From a virus (Duplodnaviria; Caudoviricetes): a stretch of DNA of 26,716 bases. A program made the position numbers and the translations under genes. This document shows, in pieces, positions 25,303 through 26,716 of the stretch; position 1 is the stretch's first letter; the number at the start of each line of letters is the position of its first letter. Location: IMG/VR virus record IMGVR_UViG_3300031519_008917, positions 1 through 26,716 of that record; one strand, 5' to 3'. Under the pieces are notes generated by a model. The model worked only from the letters and a program-made list of their open reading frames with translations, was not told the DNA's origin and did not search any database.

Positions 25303-25310
25303 ATAACTAT
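25303..25310 (-). promoter_or_regulatory. ATANTTAT intergenic motif (ATAGTTAT), candidate promoter
   Basis: In the 28-nt gap, 5' of the AAGGAG SD. Confidence 0.45.
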
Positions 25311-25313
25311 CTA

Positions 25314-26285
25314 TTACTCTGATAATAAACTAATTTGTTCTTCTTGATCGTGTTCCCAAAATGGATTTGTAAACCTTGTGTTAGAAACAACCCTTACACT
25401 TTGTGGTGCACCAGCCAACAACCAAGCAATTTCTGAAAAATTACTATTATGAAACAAAATCATATTTTTATTTTTTGATAATAAAAATACATCAAGTAAC
25501 GCTCGAGATGATGTAGGTACATCGTTGTCAAACGTTAATATCCTATCACCATATTTACTTTTAAATTTATTTAAAAGTTCATCATTATCACAACTTAAAA
25601 AAAAATTATAAGAATTATCATACTCATCTAATCGTCTATAATATTCCTGTTCTATCTCATTAGTTAAATTTTGATATTTATCAAATTCATTTTTACTCTG
25701 CTTCCAATCCATATTATTACCAGTTCTCAAATGTACAGAAATGGTTTTATCAGTAAACTCCGATGAATATTCATTTACTTTTTGTAAAAAAGATGGTTTT
25801 AATCTTTTTTTAAATTCATTTAAATAAAAAATAAAATTGTCTAATGGTGGTAAATTTTCAATACTATGATTAAAATCATAATTACTACTATTTGTTCCCC
25901 ATTGGTCAATCTTTTTCACATTAATTCTACCCCATTGATAAAAAAATTGTAAAACTATTGGATTGTCACAATATTTATCCCCATCAAAGATTACAAATTT
26001 ATCATCAGAATGTGTTATATCATCATCTAAGAGTTCTGATGTTGTGTATTTTTCTAATACATTTTCATTAAGTCCAAATGATTGTGAACCAAAAGGTGAA
26101 TAAGGATATTTTAAATTAACTGTTTCTTCGTTTCGTGGTCTGAATAATAAAGCATCATCTCTAATTCTAAGTGCACCAACATAACTTATAATTGTAGAAC
26201 ATATACCAGAGTTGTTAATAGAAACAACTCTTTTATCTGATGATTTGATGTCTTTTAATACATCATCACTTATAACTTGTTCCAC
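25314..26285 (-). CDS. Fucosyltransferase-like GT-B glycosyltransferase (NodZ/GT23/GT11-type motifs), 323 aa
   Basis: Motif I ISVHLRTG; motif II FFLSCDN; motif III ALLDVFLLSK...SNFSEIAW; N-terminal SGICST in place of GLGN. The GTG start overlaps the upstream TAG. Confidence 0.72.
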   Translation of the reverse strand: MEQVISDDVLKDIKSSDKRVVSINNSGICSTIISYVGALRIRDDALLFRPRNEETVNLKYPYSPFGSQSFGLNENVLEKYTTSELLDDDITHSDDKFVIFDGDKYCDNPIVLQFFYQWGRINVKKIDQWGTNSSNYDFNHSIENLPPLDNFIFYLNEFKKRLKPSFLQKVNEYSSEFTDKTISVHLRTGNNMDWKQSKNEFDKYQNLTNEIEQEYYRRLDEYDNSYNFFLSCDNDELLNKFKSKYGDRILTFDNDVPTSSRALLDVFLLSKNKNMILFHNSNFSEIAWLLAGAPQSVRVVSNTRFTNPFWEHDQEEQISLLSE

Positions 26286-26716
26286 TAATTTCTCTCTAAT
26301 TTTATTTTTAAAACATCTTTATAAATATCAACAGCACCTTGTCCAAATTTTCTTCTTATCTTATCAAACCACTCACTTCGATTAAAATACTTTTGAAATG
26401 CATCATCCCTAAACTTTAAAATTTCTTCCCTACTCAACGATTCAGTTGGGTTAGGAAATGAGTCCTTTGAGTAATATGAATAACCTGAATATGTTGGTGG
26501 TAAATCTATTCCTTTATTAAGTGCCTCAGTAAACAAAGGTGAACCAGGAAATATCATAGTTGGATTAAAATTTGCACTACTTGTATTGAGTTCTGTTGCC
26601 AAATCAAGTGTTTCCTGCATAGTTTCGTGGGTGTCTCCACTCATTCCAAACATATAATTACTAATTATTTCTATATCAAAGGATTCTATTTTTTTCACGA
26701 TATCCTTCACATCAAC
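26285..26716 (-). CDS. C-terminal part of a radical SAM protein (probably B12-binding class); 5' end outside the window
   Basis: The frame is open to the window edge. NYMFGMSGDTHETMQETLDLA...PTMIFPGSPLF is typical of the end of the radical SAM barrel; CxxxCxxC is not visible. Confidence 0.7.
   Translation of the reverse strand, partial: VDVKDIVKKIESFDIEIISNYMFGMSGDTHETMQETLDLATELNTSSANFNPTMIFPGSPLFTEALNKGIDLPPTYSGYSYYSKDSFPNPTESLSREEILKFRDDAFQKYFNRSEWFDKIRRKFGQGAVDIYKDVLKIKLERN

Noticed and set aside
1-26716. Stop-codon reassignment (alternative genetic code seen in some large phages)
   Set aside because: TAA, TAG and TGA all terminate full-length genes at coupled junctions, and coding density is already near complete under the standard code.
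1-26716. CRISPR array, tRNA/rRNA, transposase, integrase, intron or intein
   Set aside because: I found no regularly spaced repeats, cloverleaf structures or mobile-element motifs, and there is almost no non-coding space for them.
93-26716. DNA hypermodification cluster as the primary interpretation
   Set aside because: No thymidylate synthase or hydroxymethylase, TET/JBP, DNA methyltransferase or nucleotide kinase motifs are visible in the window. It is not excluded, but a protein- or surface-linked glycan is better supported.

Overview
This is a very AT-rich, densely packed window in which every credible gene is on the minus strand. It holds 25 complete CDSs plus partial CDSs at both edges, most overlapping their neighbours or separated by 1-2 nt. 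The content is a soluble glycan-biosynthesis and tailoring cluster. A GDP-sugar core comprises a Gmd/DmhA-like 4,6-dehydratase, an RmlC-fold epimerase, a ColD-like His-type PLP 3-dehydratase, two atypical Fcl-like SDRs, a Cj1427-like C4 dehydrogenase and a truncated ThDP E1alpha/E1beta pair. Around it are two fucosyltransferase-like GT-B enzymes, seven paralogues of a GT10-like 'ESYD' family, three radical SAM genes (two complete, B12-binding type), three StrG-like and one P4H-like Fe(II) oxygenases, an SGNH protein and a ParB/Srx-fold protein. No membrane or export genes are visible. A conserved ATANTTA(T) motif sits in each intergenic gap of 15 nt or more, and an 'MIKLKDLLH(E/D)' gene start lies at the left edge; both suggest a large phage genome, which is inference. 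The single long intergenic region (16231-16377) folds into a structured leader with mutually exclusive terminator and antiterminator hairpins, a candidate riboswitch or attenuator. All family assignments come from motif recognition by eye; no database search was run.
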